A DNA stretch of 63,161 bases, the filler included, from Dimorphilus gyrociliatus (Eukaryota; Animalia; Annelida), in NCBI GenBank assembly GCA_904063045.1. It is 4 parts of 3 records of this genome, joined end to end, with 100 filler letters (N's around TTAATTAATTAA, not from the genome) between each part and the next. Parts side by side here need not be neighbours in the genome. Positions count along the whole stretch, not along the records: positions 1 to 16,352 come from CAJFCJ010000207.1; 3 more parts are not named here. The stretch is one strand, 5' to 3'. Positions 1 to 14,324 of this stretch are shown piece by piece. Every line of letters begins with the position of its first letter. The stretch's first letter is position 1. The translations under genes were made by a program, and so were the position numbers. The notes below the pieces were generated by a model. It made no database searches and had not been told where the DNA came from. It saw nothing but the letters and a program-made list of their open reading frames with translations.

Positions 1-71
1 CTCTTTCTCTTTCTCTTTCTCTTTCTCTTTCTCTTTCTCTTTCTCTTTCTCTCTCTCTCTCTCTAGCTATC

Positions 72-102
<31 letters not shown>

Positions 103-2519
103 CTTTCTCTCTTTCATTCACACTCTTTTCTATTTTTCTTCCCCTCTCTCCTATTTGATTTCATTGAATACAAATGTTTTATGTGGTGTTTTGATGAAAA
201 ATATTGGAAGCGAACTCTTGGAAAGTGTCTTTTTTTTCTCGTCTTCTATTCTTTTCTTTCTCCTTTTCTTCATGTTGTTCCTAAAAACAGAAGTGTAGCT
301 TGTGGCACGTTATAATCTTTGCCATTTCCTCTCGTATTCTCGCCCCCGGACATCAATACTAAGAAAGAAGAGAGAAGAACGCCAAGATTACTTCTCTATT
401 ATTAATGGTAATAATAATAATGGAATTCATTTTTCAAAAAGATACGGATAACAGAAGAAAAATTGGAAAAGAATAAAAGATAATCTTTGTAGAAGAGAAG
501 AAAAAATCCAATGTAATTGAGAAAGCAGGTGACAAAACGGCTAAATCCCTAGCCTTAAACTTCTTTTATCCATCGTCCCATTGTCGGAGGGATACGAATC
601 GACCTACTTTCTACACCGTAAACAAGAATATGCGTGCCTCTATCAATTATCGTCATAAACACTTAGACCTAAATAGGCTCACCGTATTTTTTCAGATAAC
701 ATCCTATATTCGATGCCCGTTTATTACAATTGCCTTTTATTTTTGGTGGTCAAGCAAAACAGAGAGAGAGAGAGAGAGAGAGAGGGAGGGAGAAAGAAGG
801 GGAGGAAAAGAGATGTTTGATTGTTTATCGCATTGAAATGCTTAACACGTCTTAGGATAAATGACTTTCTTACTTGTTTTTTTTTTTAAATCAAGTTAAT
901 TATGATAATATGAAAGAGAGAAAGAAAGAAAGAAGGAGAGAGAAAAAAGCAACTATCCATTTATTTACAAATAGCTAAAATTGTGAGAAAACACCTACTA
1001 TTGTGAAGAGGACTGTAAATAGAGTAGTACATGCTTACTATGTCACCCTCCTCCCTCAACATCATCATGGATTCCTTCACTCTCTCTCTCTCTCTCTCTA
1101 AGTACGTACGCTTGCTCTCGCTCTCTTTCTATCTATCAAAAGGTATTTTACTTTTTTTCGTATGTTAATTGATTAATTATAAATTTTTCACCTAGAATAT
1201 TATTTCAAGCAATTGAAATAAGAGAAAATTATTCATTTTCTCCCAACATTATCTATAGGCCTATGTTTATCAAAAGCGTTTTCGTTTCATCATCAACAAA
1301 GTCTTTCGTTTCAATTTCTTCATCAATATTTATGTTCGCATTTGGTGTAAAATTTCCTTCAGTCTTTCTTAGTTTACTGTTAGTTCTCTTTGTGTAAAAT
1401 CAATTTGCGACTCTTGGATCTCGTTTCCCTATCATGAACGGAAAAGCTACTTGATTTATTTCTGATTGTAATCCATTTTATAACCACTAAATCCCTATCT
1501 ATCTCTTTTTCTTCATTTTTTAACGGTATCCTTTCTTTCTAATTCCTCTCCAGTTTGTTTTCTCATCCTCCCTCCTCCCTTACTAACAATCATCTATAAA
1601 TTTTTGTATTGGTTTGTTTGTTTATTTGTCTACCTGTCTTCTCTATTTGTCCTTTCTTCCTTATCGTCTCTTGCTTTTGTCGACAAACTTTCTTTATACT
1701 GAATATACGTTGCTAAACGCGTGGATCCTCGATTAGGATTAGGGTTAAGGTTAGGGTTACTTTTCCGTCCTCTTCTTTGAATCAGAAGAAGTAGTTTTTA
1801 AAAAAATCCATGTTGGACTTTCAGAGGGTTAAGGCAAGCAACACGCTCTTTCATCATCTTTCTACTACTCTCTATGTCTCTTTCTTAGAATGCGGGGGAA
1901 GAGGAAGGGGAAAAGGAAGCTAAATAGGAATAGAGGGGGAAAAGGGTAAACGATAGAGAAGATGGGTAATCGTCTCTATTAAAAGAGTAGATCAAGTGGA
2001 GATTGTCGGTCAGTCTTTCCTTTGTCATTAGATTGTAAATCTTCTCCTCTCGGCAAGAATTAGATAAATTAGATCATTATCAATTATAGTTCTCCACTCG
2101 ATTCTACAAAGTTTCCACAATCTTAATCTTGAGACAGTGGATTCTCACTTAATCCGCTCTACCCTCGTTCCAATGATCGAAAAGATTAGTAGATAGACAA
2201 AAGAGTCTAGATATTCCTTCGATTCTGGAAAAAAAACTGTTACACCGAGTTGCCGCTTCCCAATTAATCGTTCGCAGCCCAATACGAAGTATAATGACCG
2301 TTTTCAATTGGTCGCCACCTACTCAATATACAAATATTGAGTACACGATGAGAGTTAAAGAGAACGCATTCAAACTTCTGTATTGTTATGTTAACAACAT
2401 AGCTGATAAGGAAAAAACTGAGGAAAAAGATAAAAGTTACGAAAAAGACGGAAGATAGGAGGGGAAGAGAAAGAGAAATATAGAAATATAGACAAAAGCC
2501 AATATATACATAGACAATT

Positions 2520-2563
<44 letters not shown>

Positions 2564-2896
2564 TAGATAGATAGATAGAGAGAGGGAGAGAAAGAGAGAA
2601 TCCGCAATCAATCCGCGTTAGAAATTGTAAATTATTAATAGGTTGAGATTGATAACAATCATAAATAATATCATCTATCATAGGCCAACAAACTATAACT
2701 AAAAAGTGAGTCAATATATTGCAAACCCATGTTGGATATTTCCTTTTTTCCCTCTTTTCAATAGAAATTTATGATATGTCACATCTCGTGATTCGATGCC
2801 TCTCTCTAAGCTTAATAAAGAAAGAAACCATGAGAATAGAGTATTCCGATGCTTCACACCTTACGTTTTATCCCCTTATTTTCCGTAGTCTCTTCC

Positions 2897-2927
<31 letters not shown>

Positions 2928-5432
2928 AAGTATATAAATTTTTATAGTGTATCTATAGTATATACGTAGTCACAAACTCATATTCTGATCAGCTAGCTCT
3001 CTTTTTGTTAACATTTCTCTCTCTAAAAGAGAAAACAAGTATCTTTTCCCCTCCAAAATAAAGGAAACGTTAACGAAGCTATCGAAAATTTCGGCCCTTT
3101 TCATTATACTTCTCTCTTTTAGATGTTGCAACTATTTCGACTAATTGCAGTTGTAGTAGTTGCTGTAGTTGAAATTGTCGCCGATCTGTTTGAAAAACTA
3201 CAAGACAATATCGATTTTTTTGCCCACGTCTAAAAATTTTCACTCTTCCCTTTTAATAAATGTTGGTCAACTCCCTATCATAGTCCATTCCTTTATATTT
3301 ATCTGTCTATCTATCTATCTTCCTTCCTACCCTGCCACCACCCAACCGCATCCCATCCACTTATCTGCGCAGTGTCAAAAGGTAAAAGGCTTACTATTCA
3401 TGATATATTGTATTTCTTCTGCTTTATGTTTGTGCATCGCTTGCGCTTCTATTGCTTGTTGGGTGGTTCATAAAGAATACGAAAAGGTTATATTAAAAGG
3501 ACGCCCCATCAAATCAGTTAAGTAGACACAAACTGATCGCAAAACTAATAGTCTAACTGTACTTAATGGAGATGACTCTATACGTAAAAATAGCCTTTAT
3601 TATAAACAAACACGTCAAAGCTATTAACAAACAGCTGGTTCGTTCTTTTTTTCAAGATTAAAGGTTTCGCGGCGTCACTTTTCTTTTTTTTAGAGTGACG
3701 ATCGAACCATATTTAAGAAAGAGAGGTATGTTTTTTCTAACTCAGTCTCTCTCTCTCTTTCTTTCTTTCTTTCCCAGTTATTTAGCCTCCTACGTAAAAA
3801 GGAACTGACAACAAATCTGATGTGTCTTTTTCTTTCTCTCACTGTTTCTCTCTTTCTTCCTCAATCTAAAGTGTCACAAAAGTCGAAGAAGAGTAGAAAG
3901 AGTAGAAAAGAAAAAGCATAGACGATTGAAAAGGAGCGAAAGGACGGAAAAGGATTAGGAGAAAGGGAAAAAATGAAATTGATAAAATTATCAATCATCG
4001 CTTATCCATTTTCATTGTGCCCGAATAACCTTGCATTTGCCTGAATAGGAAATGACAAAGCTAGGCGAAACTACTCGGCTTGTTACTCCGAACAACATAA
4101 AAAATTGAAAGTTTCCAATTAAGCCTTTCTAAGATCATTTCGAGATACTCTTAGCAAAGTTACTTATTTAAGAATTGCGTACTAAGACGCCAAGTCGACG
4201 AGACGACATTACCTCGTTTAACAACATTGGATTTGGTAATTTAGGCTGCTCTCCTATTAGAACATCTCGCAGTCTGAGTATTTTATTTATCATTCGAATT
4301 ATTTTCCACTTTGCGTTCTATTTTCATATTGTTTCATTTCGTTACTAGAAAATCAAGTTGGGCGCCTAACTGTTTACAGTAACAAACTGTATAATTGCGT
4401 TTCTCTTCCTCCCCTCTCAATTCCTTTGTCCACATTATATTCGGTCTAAAAACTACGAATAAACACTACCGAATTACGATTACACCCAGAGTAACGGAAT
4501 TCTATTATTCTCGCTTGTTTAGCCAACGTTTAAGTGCGTTTTGCGGTTTGAGAGAAAAGTATACCTTTCGCTTTTTCAGTATTCCAGCTTTAAATGCGGA
4601 TAGATTACATTTAGATAGAAAGCGGGTGGCAGGAGGACTGATGAGAATGGGGATATTTCTGAAAAAAGATAAAGCTTTACACAGGTATAATAAATAATTA
4701 ATTTCAATTAGAATATAGTAAAAATAGTTGGCAAGCTGATAAATTATTAAAAAACAATGAGAGCTAATTACAAGTGTTTTTCTCCTATAAATGTTCAATT
4801 AATTAGTCAACTTTATCCGTATAATCATTCTACAACCCTGCTGATTTTATCTTTCTTTTATTTTTATCATTGACAATCATTGCTAATTTATTATAGGCAA
4901 TTAACGCACGCACAAACTTAACTGTAACGCTGTAAGCCATCAAGTTAGAGACCATAGCTAAAGAGACTAATAATCATTACCCATCCACCCACTTGTTACA
5001 AGCTACTTACAATTCTCAGAACTTATGCACGCACATGCACACACGTAAGTTTATACATATTATTTTCTTGTCTCTCTTTTTCTCTTTCTCTTCCTCCCAC
5101 CTTACTATTCTCTCTCCTCTCTCTTCTTCTCAAAGTTTTAATATATTTTTCGCAGAATTTTCCCTGCAAAGGCTTTTAGATAAAGTTGCCACCTCCCCTA
5201 AAAGTAAGGCACTAATCGCCTTCATCGTTAACATACTAGTTTTAATACAGTTGCATCGTCTCAATAGGGATTCCCTCGAATTTTCTCATTTCCAGCTAGG
5301 AAATCGAGCGATTATTCTTTAACGCTAAAATCTAGCGTGCCCAACACAAATTTATACTAAAATCATCCACGAATTGAACGAACGAATAGCAGAGTGAATG
5401 AGCGAGCGAAAGAATGAGAAGACAGAAAAGGA

Positions 5433-5477
<45 letters not shown>

Positions 5478-6722
5478 GAGTTGATAAGAGTGTGAGGGAG
5501 TGCGGTAGCTTAGCTATGGAAATCAATTACGATTACGATGGGGGTAAACTGGCACGAATTTCTACAGATGAGCGATAAAGAACTCGGCAATTTAATATTA
5601 GAATAATTGGAATAATTAATAACAATTTTAAGAAAGTGTATGCGTGTGCGTGAGAGAGAGAGAGAGAGAGAGAGAGTAAAGACATGGAGCAGGGAACGAA
5701 TGAACAAATCAGAGGAAACGGAAAAAGAGACAATTGTGAGGAAATGTAAAGAGACGAAAGAGGTTGATTTTGAGTAGTATTGAAGGCTATCCTAGACAAC
5801 TTTCTCGCTCAACGACAAGTGGAATACTTTTAAGGGGGGCGAGTTCGTGCTAAATTTTGTCTTCTTTGCTGGGTTGGTCACAATTCTGCTACTCTCACTA
5901 GTTTCCTTGTGAAGCAAATGAAAAGAAGAAAGACAAGCAAAGAATCGCCTTGAAATAAGTATTGATAGAGGTAGATAGTAAAGACAGATGATCTAATATT
6001 AGTAATAATTCTTCGACTATCTTCTGGCTACGACAGTCGACGGTCAATTATTTCTTCCAAATTGAAATGAGTGAATGAATGAATGAAAGAGTGAGAGTTG
6101 GAAAAAGGGGAGCGATCAGGGAAGACAGAGAGATGAGAATTTATAATGTTTTCAACACTACTTATCCTTTTAACGGACAAATGCCTTTTCTCTTAATCTC
6201 TAAATCAAAATCTGTCGAGCACGCGTTTACAACAGACGATCTCATTGATTTATTTCCAAGTGGATTTTAACCGTTTGGTAAGAATTTACTAGGCCTAGAT
6301 AATAGATGATAAATTTGACAATATCGCCTTCCGTCGTTCGGACGCGGAAAAAGTAGATTAAAAGGAAAGAAAAACAGATTTCGTCAAAGACCGTCGAATG
6401 AAACTGTTGAAATGTTACTAAACCCAATAGAAACGTCTCTAGTTACAATTAATAAAGTGCATAGAATGAAAATTTAGACGCCTCAGATTTGATTTAATTT
6501 GCGGAAAACAATTTCAAACTTGGTTTAATTTTTCAATTGAATATTCATTTTTATTCTCGCAAATTAATTAGGTAAAAAGTTGAAAAGTTTGAGGAAGAGA
6601 ATTGAAAATCAATAAGGATTTTTTTGTTCTTTCATTTACGCGCTCATTCGTTCATTCTTTATTTATTTTCCTTTGCTGTCTCTTTCTCTAACTCTACCTG
6701 TCTCTGTGTCTCTATCTTTATG

Positions 6723-6757
<35 letters not shown>

Positions 6758-9700
6758 TGAGAGAGAGAGAGTGAGAGAGAGAGAGAAGGGAAAAGAGAAG
6801 GAGAAAGCTGCATTGAGAGTAACTATTTTATATAGTTGTATAAATAAATGATTAAACATGCATATATTGTATATAAATATATATACAGTAGAGTCGTTTT
6901 CATGTTATACATTCTATTGAGATATAATGGAACTTGTACATATACACAGTATCATTTCGTCCATAAATAGAATCTATAGACGTCCTTAAATGTCCATATC
7001 AACATGCATTGTTTACATATTTCTTGTTATTTTTACTCCTCTTTTGTCTGTTTACACAATCAAAGAATTCTTAACTTTTCCTTATTTCAAAAGAAACGAG
7101 AACAAATCCTTTCTTTAAGCATCTTATTAGCTAATTAATAAATATTTTAAGGCTTCCAAGATGGACACTCTTTCCTCCTTTCTTCCTAAGTCTCTTTCTT
7201 ACCTCTATTCTTTGATAATTTATCTGAAACAAAAGAAAGTCGCGTCGAATCAACACTTGTACCCTTCTCCCTCCTCCTCCTCCTCCTCTAAGCCCAAATT
7301 TTCACCTCTTCCATTCCTTAATAGATCAATATTAACAAGCTGAATACAAAACAAAAAGCCATGCCTTTCCTATCAATTCTCGTTGATGAATTGAAACTAT
7401 TGCGACAATAATAAACAAACAAACAAACGCAATATTAACAAGGGAATATACATATGTATGTATAAGAAACTATAATATACAGTATAAACTGTATTTAAGA
7501 CGGAGAGAGAAAGGGAGAAAAACTATATTTTTTATGTAATAATGCATACATATAGTACATATAGAATACAGTAAAAGTATATACATTCATCTGACGCAGA
7601 TATAGAAGATATGGAGAAAAGATAATAACTACAGGTGAGTATTATTTTCTTAAATAAGTTAGTTATTTTTAATAAATATCTTCTTGAAATTCAAAACGTT
7701 TTTAACAGAATTCCTTTCTTCTTCCATCTTTTACATCTTTTCATGCCATTTTCTTTACCAGGCATTCAGTTTCTTTTTTTTCCTCCTCTTATGTTTTCTT
7801 CTTCCCCTCCTAAACCAACTCTCTCCTAGCCACTTAATCATCCACTACTATCCGCTATCCAAATCATTTGACGATTTTCTTTAATCTACAATAGACAAGG
7901 AAAATAGATGAGGAACGTAAAGGGGGGAAGGAAAATGAATGAATTGGATACGGCGTAGCCCCATAGGTAGTGCACTTAACAGGACACATTCTTTAAATCT
8001 ACCGTTAAAGTAGTAATGATTGAAAGATAGATAGACACAGAGATGTATAGAAGGAGAGAGAGAGAGAGAGAGAGTGGAAGGAAAGGAAAAGGGCTAGAAT
8101 AGGAATAGGGGAGGAAAAGGGTGAAATTCACCTAATTAATGCAATAAAAATGGTAGACAAAAAAAAAACTAATTAATTTCTAGCTTTTATAATCATTAGG
8201 CGTTATATTTAGCGTTAAAAATGACGTTTAAAGGAAAAGACGGGCAATATTTGACTTTCGTGCCATACCTGTGCATATATACAATAGGCTAGAAGAAAAG
8301 AACTACCCGTTCAATAAGGATCCATCAAGAAATCAGTTACGAGATGGCGCACCCAGTTAGATCATCAAACAACTTTTCCAATATGTTTTTCACGAATGTA
8401 TTCTTTTATTTCTTTTGAATGGACAGAAAAAGGTAGACGATTGATTACTGATAACGAATCAAAGTTAGCTGTGCGCGTGGGTGGTAATAGAAAGAGAAGA
8501 GTAAGAGGAGAACGAAAAGAGGGAGGAGCGAGAGGCTGGGTGGTTGTAGGGGTGGAACAAAGAAGAAATAGAAGAGAAAAAGTAACTATTGGTTAACGAG
8601 AAATGAAAAGGTATATTTGATTAAAAGACTATTAACATCTGCGGCTGATTCATTCACTAGCGTTTACCGTTGAAGTGGAGGTGGTGGTTAGTTGTTAATG
8701 AACGTAATGGGCGAACGAATGATAGATAGCTTGGTGAACAAAAGAATGAAAACATGAATAAAATAATAAATACATGAATTAATACCCTAATAGGTGAATA
8801 GGCGATTGAAGAAAGCATTCTGTAAAGGTATTACTCTTCATCCACTTTTTTCCTCTCGTTAACGCCCGTACTTGCCCATTTTACATCGATCATTAACCAT
8901 AACAAATGGTCTATCTATTATCAATAATTTGTAAGCCTATAACAAAGGAAATACAGCTTATGGCCCTTTAAACTCAATATGGTAGTTTTAGAGCTTAACA
9001 AACGAAAAGGTTTACAGTTATCCTCCGTCTATTTTTTGTCTTTCTATTCTCTTTTACTTTTATTGAAATACAGTAAATTTTAATCGATATTTACAAGATT
9101 TCTTCGCTTTCCGCACTTTAGTCACATCTCTAGTTGCGTTAGCTTTTTCTAATTCAGTCACACGATCCTATACTAAATTCAATAAACACAACGGTCCCTC
9201 TCTTCACTCCTTCTCTCCCACTCCATCCAACTTGACCCTTTCACCCACCGATTCTTATCTTACGTCCACCCTTTCCCCTCTCTTTATTTATCCTTCTTGT
9301 TAACAACATATAGTCTAAAAGCAAATAATGTCTCCAACGACAACTACGCGCAGTCGAGTAGAGTAGGTAGATTACAAAATTGTTATTTTGCATCATTCCG
9401 TAATCAGGAAGATAATTGGGTCGAATTACTAAGGATATTTCGGTTGGGGATATAGTTTATTTTCCTATTCTTAATCTCAGTCAGCAACAAGTACACTTGA
9501 TACGCCTTCGGCAAAATAATAAAACGAGAGGAAAACAACCAAAAGAAATTCAGTCAAGACTAGAAAAACGAATAGCAACAATGGTGACGATGTCGACAAC
9601 GTAACAATAGCAGTCTGCGCTGCTTCTTTAACTAATTTCTTCCCTCTTTATACTATTTTTTAATCTTCATCTTCTTCTCTTCCTCTGTCTTCTCTTTCTT

Positions 9701-12700
9701 ATTCTTAATATTTTTCTATTTTGTCTTCTTTGCTCTCTCTCTTTCTCTCTTAGTCCCTACGTTTTCATACTCACTTCCATACTTGGCTATTCCGCTCATG
9801 ACGGTTAATTAATTATTAATTATCCGTTGTGGCTAAAGCGTAATTATGTTAGAAACGCCAACAAAACAATAACACACAACAGTCGTGTTTGAAAGAAAGT
9901 CTTTTTGCAATTGATTCAATCTCCTTCTTCTTCGTGTCTGTCTTTATTCAACATAAAAATAAGAATAAGGAGAAGAGAAAAGTTATCTATACATTTAATG
10001 TTTGTAATCTTTCTCAAACGCTAAATGTACTATTGAATAAATCTGGTTGAAATTAATCATAAGTTCTCCTAGATTTATCCTATCACCGGAAATGAAACGG
10101 AAAGCTTCAAGGGATGACCGCGAAGTCGTTGACAGGGCCGATTGCAACGTTGTTTCCCATTCGTATAACATCTCATTACCAAGTTTGAGTAGGTTCGATA
10201 GCTGTACTTTAATCATAAACTAGAAACAATCTACGTTACTTTCTTTATTTCCCTCATTTGATGAGGGAAATATTGAAGTTGATTATTCCGCTCTCCTTTT
10301 CTCTGTAACCCTCTCTCTCTCTCTCTCTCTCCTTCCTCCAATTTTTCTCAGCAACGATTGATAAGTAAGGAAATGAAATAAATAGCGAGAAAATGTAATA
10401 CGAATTATACTAAACTGTCTCTCTGCGTACGCCTTCAAGACTCCAATTCCCTTTTTTTTCCTTTTTAATTAATACCGGAAATAAAGATGCATTAGCTAAA
10501 AATATTTCGTCTTTTCCCTCCACCCTCAGCCTCGCTTTCTCTTATGATAAGAGAATTCCGTTGATTAATAATTCAAAATGCACAAAAATATTTATTTATT
10601 TTTCCTTCTCTCTCTCTCTCTCTCCTTATAAAATTTGCGTTGTTTTTTGTCTTTCTCTCTACTCTTTTTCTCACACAGACTCTCACTTTTGCATCTCTCT
10701 TTATCCGCCACTTTTAAACATATTACGAAAATCATTCAAATACTTTCCGACTCTCTCACGTCGGAGGGGGGGGGGGGTTTTCTCGAGCGAAAAGCGTCTA
10801 TCCGATTATCCTTTTTAGGCCTATGTAGCCGTTAGAAACGTGCCAGTTTATTCGCCCAACTAACCGTATTAGGCAGTATTCGAGCATTGATTGCCTTTTA
10901 GAACGTTGTTAAGAGAGTAAATCAAAATGTACAGTCTTTTAACTCTAACTACCAAATAGATTACAAACGAAACTCTGATTACAACCATTAATATTAGCAT
11001 GATTAGTTCTTTCATCTAACCCTCTCCCTTTACTCTTCCAAACTCACACCCCTCTCTCCTATATATTTCTACTTCCTTCTCTATCCCGACTTTTATTAGA
11101 TCAACAATAACTCTTGTTTTTCCATCCTCTTTTCCAGCACCTTTCAAAATCCATTGCGCTGTCGAGTTATTTTCTCAATTATCCATCCCGCCCCTCCAAT
11201 TAGTTTTATTATCTGTTAAAACCAAACAGATGAATATGAGTAGTGACACTTGCAGCGATCACGCCAAAACAAACAGGCAAGTAAAATTGGAGGCAGCGAG
11301 CGTGGGTCGACAACAATCACTCCCAACTAGCCGTCTACCATTCTTCCTCTCCCGCTTTTCTTATAATGGATGTATCGATTGATTCGTTTACCCTGTCGTA
11401 ATAGAATTTAATTGTTTTTTGTTGTTGATGAAAATGGAAATTATCGGTGATTAATAAAAGGTAGCCGTTTAGAATTAGTCTGCGCCCAAAGGAAGACTAA
11501 TTCTTCTGACATATAATTATACAACAGGCCTTCTCTCTCTTTTTTTCAATTCTTTCTAACTCTAACTCACTTATCCTATTATTCATTTCTTTCTGCGCTG
11601 CTTCCAACTCCCCCTAACCAAAACCTCTAATCCTGATACAAAAATCCTTCACCGCCCACTCAGTGGCTCTTATCTCCTCTTACCCTTTCTTCTATCGAAG
11701 CTGTCCCGTAATCATATTTCCATTAGAAAGATCCGTATCGCTCTGCAATATTTTGCCACAGATCGTTGTCGTCCATATTGAAAGAGGCAATTCATTAATA
11801 GATTTGTGAGGGATTAAGCTGTGTAGTAACGAGGTTATAGCCCTAAATCTGACTTGTAAGCCAGGAGAAAATGCAAAATGATAATATATTATTCAATGGC
11901 TTTTAGCTTTAATTACTTAAACGAAAATGGAGGAAAGGGAAAGAAGAAAGATTTTAAAATAAATGCTTCCATACGCCCCATATCTTCTTCTTTCTCTTCT
12001 TTTTGGAACGAAATGTCCTTATTTGTACTTGTTTTTTAATAATATCTAACTTATTAGTATCCTCTAATTAGTCGTCTTATTTATAAAAGGAATAATCGAA
12101 TCATGTTGAATCAAATCTTTACATGAGAAAAAATCGATTAGAATCTAAACGGCTTGAGAGTAATTGCAATAATTAACTCGATTACGCGCTTGGTGAGTTA
12201 AATGTATAACTCGTATAATTTCTCTTTTTTTTCTCTCTAGTATCACATCGCCTATTCTCCTACCCTTAGTTATCATCCACCTAGCCGGACGCCCCCATTT
12301 CGACATTAGCTTTTCCTCCATATCGATATTCTCTTTCCATTTCATCAGTGGAAATCTATCTTGATCAAATGCAAATGTCTTAACAGTCTCCTGCAGAACG
12401 CACATACTTACTTTTTTGCGATTCTCTTCCATCTTCTCTACTCTCTCTCTGTCTTTTCCCTTTCTTTTACCTTTTTAATCTATCGAGTATAGAGTATAGG
12501 ATTGCACTCTTATCCGATTTCACTATATTTATTTCTCTTCCTCGTAGCCTACCTGTATAAATAACTATATTTCTCAAGATATGTCTTGATAAAAGATATA
12601 GAGTGTAGGGAGTTTTTTGTAAGAGATAATCCACTGGACTTGAAAAATTTACAAATCCCTAAATGGGTTTGACAAAGAAGCATGGAAGGAGCCGACTAAC

Positions 12701-13170
12701 TGAAGAACAGAGAACAGAGAGAAAGGGGGGAAAAGGGAAAAAATGGGTGAAGGAAGAAAGGAGAAAGGAAAAAGAAAGTCTGTCTTGTTTTTACAAGCAT
12801 ATCTGTTAGCAGAGAAGAAAGAAAACAAATACGTTTCCTACCAAGTTCTTTATTAATAGATTTGCATAAAAATCAATATTAAATTTTTAGCTAATATTCA
12901 CCTTTTTCCAATTTTACGCTTTGCTTTTATAGCAAGTGTTTGTTAACACGTAATTTACTTTCGCCTAGCAAATACACCTATTTTTCTACTTTTCTTCCTC
13001 TTTTTCTTCAAATCCAAGGTTTGTCACCTGTAATTTCTATTGCAATATCGTCCTTTACTAATCCACTTTTGTGTGGGACCTCGACCATAAACTGATCCTA
13101 AAAAATAAAAAATTCTCTTCTCTTCCCTTCCCTCCCTCTTCTTCCTCTTTCCCTTCTTCATCATCTTCTT
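1..13170. repeat. Gene-poor region rich in (CT)n/(GA)n, (CTCTTT)n and (CTAT)n microsatellites; intergenic or large introns
   Basis: Tracts at about 1-110, 761-790, 1081-1098, 2521-2598, 2891-2924, 5440-5477, 5651-5675, 6723-6790, 8055-8075, 10311-10330 and 10607-10624; track ORFs here are mostly SLSLSL/ERERE artefacts. Confidence 0.9.
13028..13097 (-). CDS. Candidate isolated 70-nt exon (DQFMVEVPHKSGLVKDDIAIEIT-G), gene unidentified
   Basis: Pyrimidine tract ttttattttttag acceptor, CAG|GTGACA donor, open and protein-like frame; partner exons not identified. Confidence 0.3.
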
Positions 13171-13399
13171 CTCTGTTTTCTAATTAAAACTTTGATCGAG
13201 CATCAAATAGGAAATTGAAAGGGGAAAAGAAGAGACAGTTAGAGAGTGAAAGAACGAAAAGTCAAAGATTGTAAAAAGAGAGGAAGAGAGAGACTGTAAC
13301 AGAAGTAAGAGAGAAAATAAATGAAGAGAGATTACATAAAAGTAATTTACCAGAATGAGTGAGAGAAAAAGAAGGACGAAGTAGGAAAATAATCTCAGA

Positions 13400-13816
13400 T
13401 TGTTTATTTCTTTCCTCCCTCTTTCAAGTCTTGTCTTGTTGATTTCCTCTTCTTTGGAAGAAAATCGGATTTCAGTAATGATTACTTTTCTTTTAAGATC
13501 GTTAAAAAACTTGAATGAAAAGAAAATATTTGAAATAGTAGGTTTTTTGAGAAGAGATGAAATCTTATCGCTCTCTTCATTTAAACTGATTTGCAAAATG
13601 ATAAAAGAGTCTGATAGTGAGAAGACATGGGATATTTCGAAAATACTATCAAATGCCATAAAAAATTGCTGCCAAGATAAAGTCTGCGAGATAATCAACA
13701 AATTTAAAGGAAGACAACAATCATCTGTCAGTTGCATATATCATAGGATTACTGATCAAATGAAAGGAGCTATCCTCTCTTCCAAGTCAGGTAACATTTG
13801 TGTAGCAGCTACATAA
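13400..13816 (+). pseudogene. Unidentified coding-like segment (possible exon or decayed ORF; coding-like remnants continue to about 14330)
   Basis: 138-aa open frame with helical-protein composition and a possible donor TCAG|GTAACA near 13790; no family recognised. Confidence 0.25.
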
Positions 13817-14324
13817 ATAAATACTCCATCATCAACAAAATGCCATTTGTCAGTGACAAAAATATCCCAATTGAGCATGTAAGGATTCCATGTCAATTTA
13901 TTAGAAAGTATAAAAGGGATGTTACCAAACCGAAATTCTTGTACTAATGAAAACTCCTACACTGTCCCTGCAAAATTTTTCAATTACCACTCTGATGATA
14001 ACGCCTGCCTTTCACTCCTTAACACCATCCCCAACTTATTATTGGTAAGACTGTCCACTTGCATCAAATTCTGTCCTATGGGTAAAGGAGGTGTCCCAAG
14101 AGCTGAAGAGATTCAATTTGGTCCTCTACCTCAATCTCCAACTTTTTCAATGGAACCAATCCCTTCTTGACGCCCTTGTCAATGAGAATTGGGATGAAGA
14201 ACAACTCAATGAGCAAAGTCTTATTGAAAGAAATGAAATGTCCACACTCCTACTCCTTGATGATGTTTATGATTTTGATTGGGAGAGAGTTGAAATCTAT
14301 GATGCCCTTATAAATACTAATTAT

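Noticed and set aside
1738-1760. True telomere or chromosome end
   Set aside because: Only 3-4 degenerate TTAGGG units, internal; they resemble the MITE core motif
630-10835. Many short ORFs with SLSLSL or ERERE runs
   Set aside because: They arise from CT/GA microsatellites that lack stop codons
13180-13737. 185-aa membrane-protein-like ORF on the minus strand
   Set aside because: Most likely the antisense shadow of purine-rich or coding-like plus-strand sequence; no recognisable motifs
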